A DNA stretch of 64,000 nucleotides, from positions 24,234 through 88,233 of the forward strand of contig JBKBRF010000014.1 in the NCBI GenBank assembly GCA_046292385.1. Direction: 5' to 3'. Position 1 is the first letter of the stretch; the number at the start of each line of letters is the position of its first letter. The DNA comes from Armatimonadota bacterium. GTDB lineage: Bacteria; Armatimonadota; SYMT01. Shown here one piece after another: positions 44,887 through 54,606 of this stretch. The notes below the pieces were generated by a model that was not told where the DNA came from, did not search any database, and was given only the letters and a program-made list of their open reading frames with translations. The translations under genes and the position numbers were made by a program.

Positions 44887-45848
44887 CGATGGACTACAGC
44901 CTTCTTCGCATTGATCAATATCAGGCAACGGAGCTTGAAGCGCTCCCCGAGTGGGATATCTTCATCTCCGCCTACAACGAGTCGCAGCGAGTAATCACTG
45001 TTTTTGACTCCGTGCGCGCGCAGCGTAAAGAGTGGGTAATCCATCCGGAGTACGACTTCGAGGATGGCGAATTGCCGAAGACCGGAGTTGTGCGAGTTCT
45101 GCATACGCGTGATGAAGCGGAGTTCTGGCATGACTACTTCTCTGAGGCCGACTTTCATAATCTTCCCCGTGATTCCCGGATTTGCGTCGATGTGACGGGG
45201 TTTATGCGTCCGCATTTGATGCTATTACCGCGGATGCTTCGATTGCTTGGATTCGCTCAACTGGATATAGTGTATTCTGATCCTCGTGAGTATCAATCGG
45301 GAGAAAAGACTCAATTCAGCAAAGGGGCAGTCACTGAGGTGCGGCAAATCCGTGGGTTTGAGGGTACACACCTGCCCAGTGGCGACGAGGACTTGCTGGT
45401 CATTGGGGCTGGATATGACGACGATTTGATCCGGAGAGTCTCCGAAGATAAGCGCGCGGCTCGGAAACTGATGATGTTCGGGCTTCCTAGTCTTCAGCCC
45501 CATATGTATGAGGAAAACCGTCTGCGCGCAGCAAGAGCCGAAGAGGCAGTAGGCCCGTTGCCGGCACGTTCTCTGTTGTTTGCGCCCGCCAACAATCCGT
45601 TTGCCACGGCGCAGGAGCTTCACGACAAGATACAACAGTTGCGCTCGACTGGCTTTACGAACCTGTACTTCAGCCCGCTTGGCACGAAGGCTCAAGCACT
45701 GGGATTTGCTCTCTACTATCTGTGCGAGTGTGTGGGTTCGAGTGCGAGCGTCGTATTCCCGTTCGCAGAGTATTACACTCGTGAGACATCCATCGGCTTG
45801 GCTCGCGTTTGGTGCTATCGGGTGGAACTCGATTGGCTGAACGTCTGA
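44883..45848 (+). CDS. Uncharacterised protein, possibly a duplicated CARF-like Rossmann fold
   Basis: GTGA coupling to the ATPase; ICVDVTGFMR and LYFSPLGTK motifs. Confidence 0.7.
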   Translation: MTMDYSLLRIDQYQATELEALPEWDIFISAYNESQRVITVFDSVRAQRKEWVIHPEYDFEDGELPKTGVVRVLHTRDEAEFWHDYFSEADFHNLPRDSRICVDVTGFMRPHLMLLPRMLRLLGFAQLDIVYSDPREYQSGEKTQFSKGAVTEVRQIRGFEGTHLPSGDEDLLVIGAGYDDDLIRRVSEDKRAARKLMMFGLPSLQPHMYEENRLRAARAEEAVGPLPARSLLFAPANNPFATAQELHDKIQQLRSTGFTNLYFSPLGTKAQALGFALYYLCECVGSSASVVFPFAEYYTRETSIGLARVWCYRVELDWLNV

Positions 45849-45925
45849 ATGTGTCGGTGGAGTTATTGCTCTAGTTTGTTTTCTCACATTGACCACTGGT
45901 CGGTTGGGTTACCGGATGTTCCGCG

Positions 45926-46120
45926 GCGAACTGCATCCACCCCGGCCACACCTTGAACGAGCGCCGCGCCCAGCGCGCTACGGAGCAGGACGAGGAGCCG
46001 ATGATGAGCTGCGAGGAGTTGGCCGAGACCGCCCTGCTGATGGCCTCGCTGCCGCCCCACGTGAACATGCTGGAAGCGATCGTGCTGCCGGTGGAGCAGC
46101 TCTACGTGGGAAGGGGATAG
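45926..46120 (+). repeat. Right direct repeat (orphan SDR 3' fragment)
   Basis: Encodes ANCIHPGHTLNERRAQR...EQLYVGRG*. Confidence 0.93.
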
Positions 46121-46384
46121 GGCTTCGCCCAGGGTCTAGGGTCCAGGGGTTAGGGTGTCGGACTGGCGGCGGGCGGGGGCGCCATGCGTGTACGGCCGCT
46201 CCTACTCATTCTCTTTCTCCTTCTCCTTCTCGGCTGCGATCCTTTCGCGGCGGAAGCCCCTCTCGTTTAGCGAGTACCTCGTTTCCGCTCGGCCCCGGTG
46301 GCGCGCGGCTGCGGGGTGCGCTAACATTTTCGCAGTACCCTGTCGCGGGTCCGCGGCGCCGGCCTTCGCCGCAAAGGAGCTGAC

Positions 46385-47119
46385 GTGAAACCGTCTACCA
46401 TTCGCCTTCCGCTGGTCCTGGCTTCTCTGGCGCTGCCTCTGCTGACCGCCGTGCCGGCCGCGGCCCAGGGGGCGCCGGCCGCGCCCGGGAGCGGCGACCT
46501 GCGCGCGCTGCTCTCCGGCAAGCAGGCGCCGCTGACGCTGAAGCTGCGCGAGCTGAGCCCGGAGTGGCGTCGGGTGACGCTGCGGACTCCGGCCGAGGCG
46601 CCGGGCGAGGGGAGCGGGTTCCTCGGCATGATGCTCGGCGGGATGTTCGGGCCGATGGCAAGCGGCCTCACGCCGTCCGCGCCGCCGGTCTACACCCAGG
46701 GCGACACGATCAGCCTGGGCGGAGAGCTCTACCTGATCGCTTACCGGCCCCCGAAGCCGGCGCTCGACCTGCTGGCGCTCAAGCGGGCCGCCGAGCAGAA
46801 TGCGGAGCTGCCGCCTCCCGAAGTGCTGAGGCCCGACACCGAGCTGTCGCTCTGGCTGATCCAGTTCCGCGACATCCAATCGCTCGGAGAGATCCGCCCG
46901 TTCAACCTCGACCTGGAGCTGCGGGAGAGCGAGAAGGCGGCGGCGGCTGAGACGGCGCTGCGGAAAGAGTTGATGGGCGGGGTGTTCGGCGGCGGTGCGG
47001 CACCCGCGGCTCCCGAGCCGGAGGTGTTTGCGGAGCCGGCGCTCCCGGAGGAGGCTCCCGCGCCGAAACCGGCTGCGAAGAAGCCCGCCCCCAAGAAGCC
47101 CGCCCCCAAGAAGCGCTGA
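46385..47119 (+). CDS. Secreted hypothetical protein with basic KKPAP tail
   Basis: AAGGAG SD, GTG start, signal peptide. Confidence 0.75.
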   Translation: MKPSTIRLPLVLASLALPLLTAVPAAAQGAPAAPGSGDLRALLSGKQAPLTLKLRELSPEWRRVTLRTPAEAPGEGSGFLGMMLGGMFGPMASGLTPSAPPVYTQGDTISLGGELYLIAYRPPKPALDLLALKRAAEQNAELPPPEVLRPDTELSLWLIQFRDIQSLGEIRPFNLDLELRESEKAAAAETALRKELMGGVFGGGAAPAAPEPEVFAEPALPEEAPAPKPAAKKPAPKKPAPKKR

Positions 47120-47207
47120 TACCCGCAAGCCGCCCCCGCACCCGGTTTGCCGGCCACTCGCCCGCGGAATATACAGGGCGAGGAAGCGGTCCATCGGGAG
47201 GCAACAG

Positions 47208-47957
47208 GTGAAGGGCTTTTGGGCTTGGCTGGTCGGGGCGTCGTTAGTGGTCGCCGGCGCGGGTGTGCAGGCGCAGGACGAGGTGCCGCCGCCACCCGCG
47301 GAGGTGCGGGAGGGGGTCACCTTCGCCGCGGAGCCGGGCGTGCTCTACGTGCCGGTGCGGGAGGCGGCGGAGTCGCTCGCGCTGCGCGCCCGGTGGGACG
47401 GGGAGCGGCAGACGGCGCTGCTGGAGGGAAAGCCGGTCTCGGACGCCGCCACCCGCCTGCTCCTGGAGGGGGCGACGCTGATCTCCGTGCGCGACCTGGA
47501 GCAGTGGGGGGCGAAGGTGCGCTGGGATGCGGAGCGCGGCGCGGCGCGGGTGACCCACGGCGAGCGGGTCTTCTGGGTCCGCAGCGGCCCCAAGCGAGTC
47601 GCGGTCAACCGCTCCACGCAGCAGCTCCGCGCCTGGCAGGGGGACCGGTTGGTGCTGGAGACACGGGTCAGCACCGGTGCGCCGGGGAACGAGACCCCCA
47701 CCGGGAGCTTCACCGCGGGGCCCTACCGGGCGAAGATGCACTATTCCAGTCTCTACGACAACGCCCCGATGCCGTGGAGCGTGCAGATCACCGGCAACAT
47801 CTTCTTCCACGGCTACCACTCGGTGCCGCCGCGCGCCGCCTCCCACGGCTGCATCCGGATACCGCTCTGGGGCGGCAACGCCGCGAAGTGGCTGTTCGAG
47901 TGGATCGACAACGGCACGCCGGTCACCATCGCGGACGACTGGCCGGCGGAGGAGTGA
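47208..47957 (+). CDS. L,D-transpeptidase (YkuD) with N-terminal stalk-like domain
   Basis: VSTG..TPTG, MPW, FFHG, ASHGCIR catalytic motif. Confidence 0.9.
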   Translation: MKGFWAWLVGASLVVAGAGVQAQDEVPPPPAEVREGVTFAAEPGVLYVPVREAAESLALRARWDGERQTALLEGKPVSDAATRLLLEGATLISVRDLEQWGAKVRWDAERGAARVTHGERVFWVRSGPKRVAVNRSTQQLRAWQGDRLVLETRVSTGAPGNETPTGSFTAGPYRAKMHYSSLYDNAPMPWSVQITGNIFFHGYHSVPPRAASHGCIRIPLWGGNAAKWLFEWIDNGTPVTIADDWPAEE

Positions 47958-48049
47958 GTGCCACGCGTTCAGCAGCGCCGCGCCGCTGTTAGCTCGAGTG
48001 GATCAAACCGGCACACTCGAGCTACGGCGAGAACGACTGCCGGATTCGC

Positions 48050-48100
48050 GCCTCGGACTGAAGTCGAGGCTACAGAAAGCGAAGCCCGCCTGCGCGGGCT
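48050..48100. repeat. REP-like double hairpin
   Basis: GCCTCGGACTGAAGTCGAGGC and AGCCCGCCTGCGCGGGCT. Confidence 0.6.
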
Positions 48101-48455
48101 GAGTTCTGCCGACCCCAGCACCACGCTGTACTTACGTCCCGCCCCCCAGTTTCCTGTGGTCCGAGGACTGCTCTACCCTCTCGTCGCCCGCCTCGTGATC
48201 GGCGTTTTCGCCGTGACAGTCGATACAGAGCAGCGCGCGGCGGTGGTGGCGCCCGGTGGCGTCTACGAATGGTGCCGCGGTCAGCCCTCGTCGCTTGTAT
48301 ACCCCGCAGCCATCGCAGAAGCCCTTGATGCTGAATCTGGAGCGGTCGGCTGGTTCCACGGCTTCAGGGATCTCCCGGCACGCAGGTGCTCTCGAGGAGG
48401 ACCTCCGGGGCCACCGTTCTCCGGTATCGGAGAGCCGCCCGCCGTCCTCATCGCC

Positions 48456-48698
48456 CTATCGCTCGAGCCGGTCTTGCCGCTCAACCGCTTTGCGGATACC
48501 GCGAATGAAGCCCCACGTTACGACTACCGCGACCACCACCCAGACCCCGAGCGCGATCTCGCGAAGACCTCCGTTCCAGGGGTGGGGGCCCGAAGTCCAG
48601 TTGGGCGGACGATAAGAGTACGCCAGCAACAGGACCCAGATCCACCACGGATAGAACGCTACCGCCGCAACGATACAGATGCTCCGGAGCCGTCGCAT
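48456..48698 (-). CDS. Small two-TM hypothetical protein
   Basis: GAGGAG SD, ATG, two hydrophobic segments. Confidence 0.5.
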   Translation of the reverse strand: MRRLRSICIVAAVAFYPWWIWVLLLAYSYRPPNWTSGPHPWNGGLREIALGVWVVVAVVVTWGFIRGIRKAVERQDRLER

Positions 48699-48808
48699 CT
48701 CTCCTCACCCAGAGCGCGGATACGCGCGGAAGCGGCGCTCCGCCCGGCACGATGTCCCGCGGAGCGGAGTACGCCCACCGCTACGGAATACGCGATACGG
48801 AATACGCC

Positions 48809-51664
48809 TCACCCCGTGCTCTGCATCCCCGCGGCGATCCCGATGATCGAGAGCAGCAGCGCGTTCCTCCAGGGGTCGTCTTCGCCTTCGTGGTGCTCGT
48901 CGAGGTCCATCAGGGCGACCTGCAGCTTGTTGAGCGGTGCCAGGGCAGGGTTGCGGAGGGCGACCGTCTTCCGGATCACCGGCGCCTGGGAGAGCAGCAC
49001 CTCGTCGCCGGTGACGCGCAGGATCCAGCGGCTGGTGCGCTCGTGCTCCGCCGCGATCAGGCCGTGGATCCGCTCCCCCAGCTCCGGCGGCTGCACGCGG
49101 GCGGCGTACCAGGCGGCGGTGCGGAGGTCGGCGCGCACCAGCTCGAGCTGGGTGTTGCGGACGATCGTCCGGAAGAACGGCCACTCCTGGTGCAGGCGGC
49201 GCAGCAGCGCCTCGTGCTCCGGAGACTGCTCCGCGAACCACTCCAGCGCGCTGCCGAAGCCGAACCAGCCGGGGAGCACGTAGCGCGCCTGCACCCAGGC
49301 GAAGACCCACGGCACCGCCCGCATGTGCTCTGGGCCGCCCTTGGCGCGGCCGGGCCGGAAGACGGGCCGGGAGGCGATGGAGAGGCGGCTGATCGGCTCG
49401 ATCGGGGTCGCCTGGAGGTAGAAGTCCCAGAAGTCGGGGTCGTGGTGGACCAGCGACTGGTAGACCTCCCGCGAGCGCTCCGCCATCGCGGCAATCGCTT
49501 CGGCTCCGCCTTCCGGCAGTCGGAGGCGCGCGGCGGTGCGGCCGGCGGTGAGCAGCACGGCGCTGGCGATCTGCTCCAGGTGCCGGTGCGCGATCGGCGG
49601 CAGGCCGTAGCGGAAGGAGATGATCTCCCCCTGCTCCGTGAAGCGGATACGGCCCTGGAAGCTCCCCGGCGGCTGCGAGAGGATCGCCTGGTTGGCGCGT
49701 CCGCCGCCCCGGCCGACCGTCCCCCCGCGCCCGTGGAAGAGGCTCACCTCCACCCCGGCGCGCCGGCCGACCGCCGCCAGGCGGCGCTGGGCGTCGTAGA
49801 GCAGCCAGTTGGACGCGAGATAGCCGCCGTCCTTGTTGCTGTCCGAGTAGCCGAGCATGATCTCCTGGCGGTCGCCGCGGGCGCGGACCTGGTGCGCGTA
49901 GGCGGGGTTGCGGAAGAGACGGCGGGTCAGCTCCTCGCAGTGGCGGAGGTCCTCCACCGTCTCGAAGAGCGGGACGATGTCGACGTCGCTCTCCAGCACC
50001 GGCTCGCCGCCCTCCTGGGTGCGCCAGCGCACCAGCCCCTCTTCCTTCGCCAGGAGCAGCGCCTCCAGCACGTCGCTCGCGCCGCGGGTCATGCTGATGA
50101 TGTAGGTGGTGACGGCGCGGGGGGAGAGGTAGCGCTGCGCGTGCCGGATGACTTCCAGCACCTGCAGGGCGCGGCTGCTCCCTTCGGAGCCTTCCCAGCC
50201 GCGCGGCAGCAGCGGGCGCGGGTTCAGCAGCTCCCGGGTGAGCAGGCGCACCTTCTCCGCCTCCGAAAGCTCCTTGTAGCTCCGGCCGGGCGGCAGCAGC
50301 CGGGCGGCGTGGACCAGCTCGTCCATCACCGCCTCGTGCTCGTCGCTGTGCTGGCGCACGTCGAGGGAGGCAAGGTGCAGGCCAAAGGTGCGCACCTGCA
50401 CGGCCAGGTGCGCCAGGCCGCCCTCGTCCGCCAGCGCCTCCGCGTGGTTCTCCCGCAGGCTGCGGCGCATCCGCTCCAGGTCTTCCAGCAGCTCCTCGGC
50501 GCCGGAGTAGGCGGGGGCGTGCGGGACGAACGAGGGACCTTCCGCGCGGAAGTCGGTCAGCGCGGCCAGGTGGTCGAGGGTCGCCTGCAGCCGCTCGCGG
50601 ATGAAGAGCAGCTTGCGGGAGTACGGCTCGGAGGCGGCGCGCGCCAGCAGCTCCTCCGGAACCGGGACGGTCTGGTGGTCGTGCTCCAGCGACTCGAGCA
50701 GCTCCGCGCTGGCCGGCACCTGCCGCGCGCTCACGGTCAGCTCCCGCCGCAGCGCCTGCGCGCGCTCCAGGTAGTACTCCAGCACCAGCTCCCGGTGGGA
50801 GAGCAGGGTGGTCCAGGTCACCTCCGGCGTCACCCTCGGGTTGCCGTCCCGGTCGCCGCCGATCCAGGAGTGGTAGACCACCAGCGGCGGGATGTCGAAC
50901 GTCACCCCCGGGTACGCCTCCGCCAGGGCGGCGCGGAGGTCGTCGTGGAGCCACGGCACCACGTTCAGGATGGTGCGCTCGAAGAAGAAGAGGCCGTTGC
51001 GTACCTCGTCGCCGACGGTCAACGGCGCGGCGCGCAGCTCATCGGTCTGCCAGAGCGCCGTCAGCGCCTGGCGCAGCTCCGTCTCCGCGTGCCCGCGGCT
51101 GTCGAGCGGCCGGTCGAGCCGCGGCAGGGAGGGCGGCTGCGCCCGCTCCACCAGGGCGGCGGCGATGCGCTGCAGCTTCTCCAGCACCGCCCGGCGGCGC
51201 GCCTCGGTGGGGTGGGCGGTGAGGGTGGGGCCGATGCGGACGCGGTTCAGCAGCGCCTGCATCTCCTCCGCGGTGGTGCCCGCCTGCCGCAGGCGCCGCA
51301 CCGCGTCCCGGATCGATTCCGGCCGGGCGCGGCCGTTCGCGCCGGAGATCCGCTCCCGGTTGACCCGGATGATCTCCTTCTGCTCCGCGGTGTTGAGGAG
51401 CTGGAAGAACACGGTGAACGCGCGAAGCAGTCGCTCCAGCGTCTGCGGGTCGCGCAGGGCGGGGAACCGGTCCAGCAGCCCCTCCGGCGCCTGCTCGTCC
51501 GCGTAGAGCGCGCGGGCGAGCGCCAGCAGCGATTCCTCGCCCTGCTGGATCAGCAGCTCGCCCAGCATCTGGTCCAGCAGCAGGATGTCGTCGCTCAGGG
51601 AGTCGGTGAGACCGATCTCGCGGGGAGTCAGGGGCAGGAAGCGGTCTTGCGGCGATTCGTGCAT
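48809..51664 (-). CDS. ppc: Phosphoenolpyruvate carboxylase
   Basis: LTAHPTE, WIGGDRDGNP, IMLGYSDSNKDGG, FHGRGGTVGRGGG, RAVPWVFAW, GMQSTG. Confidence 0.97.
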   Translation of the reverse strand: MHESPQDRFLPLTPREIGLTDSLSDDILLLDQMLGELLIQQGEESLLALARALYADEQAPEGLLDRFPALRDPQTLERLLRAFTVFFQLLNTAEQKEIIRVNRERISGANGRARPESIRDAVRRLRQAGTTAEEMQALLNRVRIGPTLTAHPTEARRRAVLEKLQRIAAALVERAQPPSLPRLDRPLDSRGHAETELRQALTALWQTDELRAAPLTVGDEVRNGLFFFERTILNVVPWLHDDLRAALAEAYPGVTFDIPPLVVYHSWIGGDRDGNPRVTPEVTWTTLLSHRELVLEYYLERAQALRRELTVSARQVPASAELLESLEHDHQTVPVPEELLARAASEPYSRKLLFIRERLQATLDHLAALTDFRAEGPSFVPHAPAYSGAEELLEDLERMRRSLRENHAEALADEGGLAHLAVQVRTFGLHLASLDVRQHSDEHEAVMDELVHAARLLPPGRSYKELSEAEKVRLLTRELLNPRPLLPRGWEGSEGSSRALQVLEVIRHAQRYLSPRAVTTYIISMTRGASDVLEALLLAKEEGLVRWRTQEGGEPVLESDVDIVPLFETVEDLRHCEELTRRLFRNPAYAHQVRARGDRQEIMLGYSDSNKDGGYLASNWLLYDAQRRLAAVGRRAGVEVSLFHGRGGTVGRGGGRANQAILSQPPGSFQGRIRFTEQGEIISFRYGLPPIAHRHLEQIASAVLLTAGRTAARLRLPEGGAEAIAAMAERSREVYQSLVHHDPDFWDFYLQATPIEPISRLSIASRPVFRPGRAKGGPEHMRAVPWVFAWVQARYVLPGWFGFGSALEWFAEQSPEHEALLRRLHQEWPFFRTIVRNTQLELVRADLRTAAWYAARVQPPELGERIHGLIAAEHERTSRWILRVTGDEVLLSQAPVIRKTVALRNPALAPLNKLQVALMDLDEHHEGEDDPWRNALLLSIIGIAAGMQSTG

Positions 51665-51743
51665 GGTCCTGGTTCGATTGATGCGGCAAAACAAGCCCGG
51701 AGCACCCGCTTCGGCCCGATGGGTCAGCCCTGCGTTCTCTCGC

Positions 51744-51881
51744 GGAGTGACGCGCTTGCGCGGCCCTTCTCTCGGTGTGAAGTCGGCTCCGCCAAGCACG
51801 GCCGCCAGGCAGGAGCCGAATGCTCGAAAGCAGGTGCCAGTACGCTGGGGAGGCCGCGCAAGCGCGTCACTCCGGCAGTAC
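51744..51881. repeat. Inverted pair of GGAGTGACGCGCTTGCGCGGCC REP-like repeats (copies 2 and 3)
   Basis: Identical cores at 51744-51765 (+) and 51852-51873 (-). Confidence 0.85.
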
Positions 51882-52034
51882 TCGGTGGCGTCTCCTGGCA
51901 CTCCGCGGGAGCGCTCCGCACCCGCATTTCACTGCCACGTCACACGGGAACGCGAAAAGGCCGGGCGCCACCCGGAAGCATACCACGCATCCGGAAGCGG
52001 CACCCGGCCTGCAGAGCCGGTGAGAGCCGGGACC

Positions 52035-53153
52035 CTACTTGATGCCGGCCTTCTCGATCGCCTCGCGCATGGCGGTCTCGTTGAAGCCGACGCCGCGCCA
52101 CAGGATCGTGCCGTCCGCCCCGATCAGGTAGTTGGTCGGGTAGGCCTGCACGCCGTAGGCCTTGCCGAGGGTGTACTTGTCGCGGTCGCCGCCCATCACG
52201 ATCGGGAACGACCAGCTGTTGTCCTTGATGTATTTCTGGACCGTCTCCAGCTTGTCGGAGGCGTTCACGGCGACCAGGCCCAGGCCCTTGTCCTTCAGCT
52301 CGGTGTAGATCTTCTGGAGGTGAGGAAACTCCTCACGGCAGGCGCCTCAGCCATAGAACCAGAAGTTGATCACCACCGCCTTCTTGCCCTGGAGCGCCTG
52401 CTCCAGGCTGAGCTGCTGGCCGTCCGGGGTGGGGAGCTGGAAGCTCGGCGCCTTGCTGCCGACCTTCAACAGGCTGTCCTCGAAGTCGGGCTGCTTGAAC
52501 TCTTCGAAGCCCGCCGGGACCTTGAACGCGAACTGCTGCGCGGTCAGCGGCGCGTCGAGCTTCAGGTTCTTGATCCAGATGCGCTGGGTCAGCTTCTGCT
52601 CGCCGTTGCCGAACGTCATCTCCGCCCCTTCCGGCACGCCGGCAGCGGTGAAGAAGAGCTTCTGGGTCTGGCCGCCCGCGCCGGAAACCTGCACTACCTC
52701 GTAGCTCTTGGCGCCGACCTTCTGCGTCCCCAGGTGCTTCGTCTCGCCCCCGGCTCCGAGGGAGTCCGGGTTGAAGAACGCCGCGCCGATCGGGCCCGCA
52801 GCGCTGCCGATCATGCCGCCCTTCTCGTCCGCAGGCTGCTTGAGGTACTGCTTCTGGGAGTCGAGCGTGATGTAGACTTCTTTCCCGGTCGACTGAAAAC
52901 TCTGGCTGCCTTCGGGCGTCTTCAGGGTCAGCTTGCCGAGGTTCGGCTTCAGAAGCTGCACCGTGCCGGTGAGCTCCTGCTTCTCCCCGTCGCTGTTGAT
53001 GTTGATCTGGAGATCCCCGGTCAGGCTCTTCGCCTTCTTCAGGCTCTCCCGCGCCTTCGCCAGGAGCGCGTCGGATTTCGAGTCCGCGTGGGCCGCCGCC
53101 ACCGCCACCAGGGCGGCCGCGCAGGCCAGCGCGGAGATGGGTCGCAAACGCAT
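52035..53153 (-). CDS. Probable selenoprotein: signal peptide + LolA-like domain + TlpA-like thioredoxin (UxxC); in-frame TGA at 52347-52349
   Basis: INFWFYG-TGA-GACREEFPHL continues in frame to YGVQAYPTNYLI; SECIS-like hairpin 52320-52336. Confidence 0.88.
52320..52336 (-). promoter_or_regulatory. Putative bacterial SECIS hairpin
   Basis: GTGAGGA-GTT-TCCTCAC, 10 nt 3' of UGA. Confidence 0.75.
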
Positions 53154-53216
53154 GGCATACCTCCGATGGGGCCGTGGAGCTCCGGCGAGGCCGCCGGATT
53201 CCGGACCTCGGTCACG

Positions 53217-54368
53217 CTACTTTACCCCGAGCTTCTCAATCGCATCCCGCAGGGTCTTCTCCGTGGCGGGAGAGAAGCCGACTCCCCGCCACGCGACCTT
53301 TCCTTCCGAATCGAGCAGGTAGTTGGTGGGGTAGGCGCGCACTCCGTACGCCTTCCCCAGCGTGTACTGCTCCCCCTTGCCGCCCATCACGATCGGGAAG
53401 GTGAACTTCCCTTCCTGCACGTACTTCCGGATCGTCTCCTCGCTGTCGCCCCGGTTGACGGCGATCAGCTCGAGACCCCGGTCCTTCAACTCTTCGTAGA
53501 TCTTCTGGAGGTGCGGAAACTCCGCACGGCAGGCGCCTCAGCCGTAGAACCAGAAGTTGATCAGGACCGCCTTCTTCTCTTTGAGCGCGCTTTCCAGGCT
53601 CAGTTGCCCGCCGCCCGGTTGGGGCAGCTGGAACCGTGGCGCCTCTTTGCCTACCGGGATCAGCTCCGCCGTGTAGTCCGGCGCCACCGGCTGCGCGATG
53701 ACATATTTCTGGTAGCCCTCCGGAATCTCCCGCACCAGCTCTTCCGGCTTCGCCGGCTCGTTCAGGCGCACTTCCGTGAGCCAGCCGGAGTTGCGCAGCA
53801 TCTGGTCGCCGGTGCGGAAGAGGAGCTCCACCCCGCGCAGCACTCCCGCTTCGTCGAAGAAGAAGCTCCGCTCCTGCGGCGCCCGCTCCGCCCGGAGCTG
53901 CAGCACTTCGTAGGTCCGGCCGTCCACCTCCTTCCGGCCGCCGTAGCTCAGCGTGCCGGCCTCCAGCTCCGCCTTCAGGTTCAAGAAGGCGTGCATCGGC
54001 ATGAACGTCCCACCGAAGCCGACGTTACGCCCCTGGGGATCGGCGGCCGATTCCAGGAACTGCTTCTGCGACGTCATCAGCCGGAGGAGCTGCTTTCCGT
54101 CCGAGACGACGGTCTGGACGGGGGCGCCCTCGAAGAGCACCGTGTAGCGTGCCAGGTTCGGGCGCTGGATGACCCCCTTGACCCGGTACTCGAATTCTCG
54201 ACCGCCGCCGCCGCGCGTGATCTTCATCTCACCGCGCAGCGTCTGGATCTTCTCCGCCGCCGCCAGGGCTCGCGCCTTCAGCGCCTCCGCCTGCTCGTCG
54301 GCGCGCGCCGCCAGGCCCAGCGCCAGCACGCCCAGCGCCGCCAGCAGTCCCGCATGCCGTCTCCTCAT
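53217..54368 (-). CDS. Probable selenoprotein paralog: signal peptide + LolA-like + TlpA-like thioredoxin (UxxC); in-frame TGA at 53538-53540
   Basis: INFWFYG-TGA-GACRAEFPHL continues in frame to YGVRAYPTNYLL; RPNLAR and VSDGK LolA-like motifs. Confidence 0.88.
53511..53527 (-). promoter_or_regulatory. Putative bacterial SECIS hairpin
   Basis: GTGCGGA-GTT-TCCGCAC, 10 nt 3' of UGA; compensatory pair relative to the paralog. Confidence 0.75.
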
Positions 54369-54606
54369 GCCGCCGCTCCTTTCCCGCCGCCGCCCGCGCG
54401 TCGGCCGTATCACTCTGTTGCCGATCCGGCACCGCGATCCCTCTCCTCGGCTCGCCGGCGGCGCGCTCCCGGAGAGGCACGCTTCAGGACGCCGGGGAAC
54501 AGGTATCCTTTAGAGGACGGCGACCTCGCGCGCGTTACGCCTGCACGGAGCGCCGATGGCCGGACCCATTTGCTTAGACGCACCGATTAGACGGAAGGAC
54601 CACCCC

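Larger units (their letters stand above)
40376..45925. mobile_element. Lower-GC genomic island (four-gene operon, no integrase)
   Basis: Abrupt shift to more AT-rich sequence and codons; bounded by the SDR 3'-end duplication. Confidence 0.88.

Noticed and set aside
48132..48359. Small ORF with CDGC/CIDCH (zinc finger or heme motif)
   Set aside because: No signal peptide, atypical codons and no recognisable family; cannot be supported.
52035..54413. Treating the four split ORFs as pseudogenes, sequencing errors or separate genes
   Set aside because: The same TGA falls at the catalytic Cys position in both paralogs, with no frameshift and a covarying hairpin, which fits Sec recoding better.
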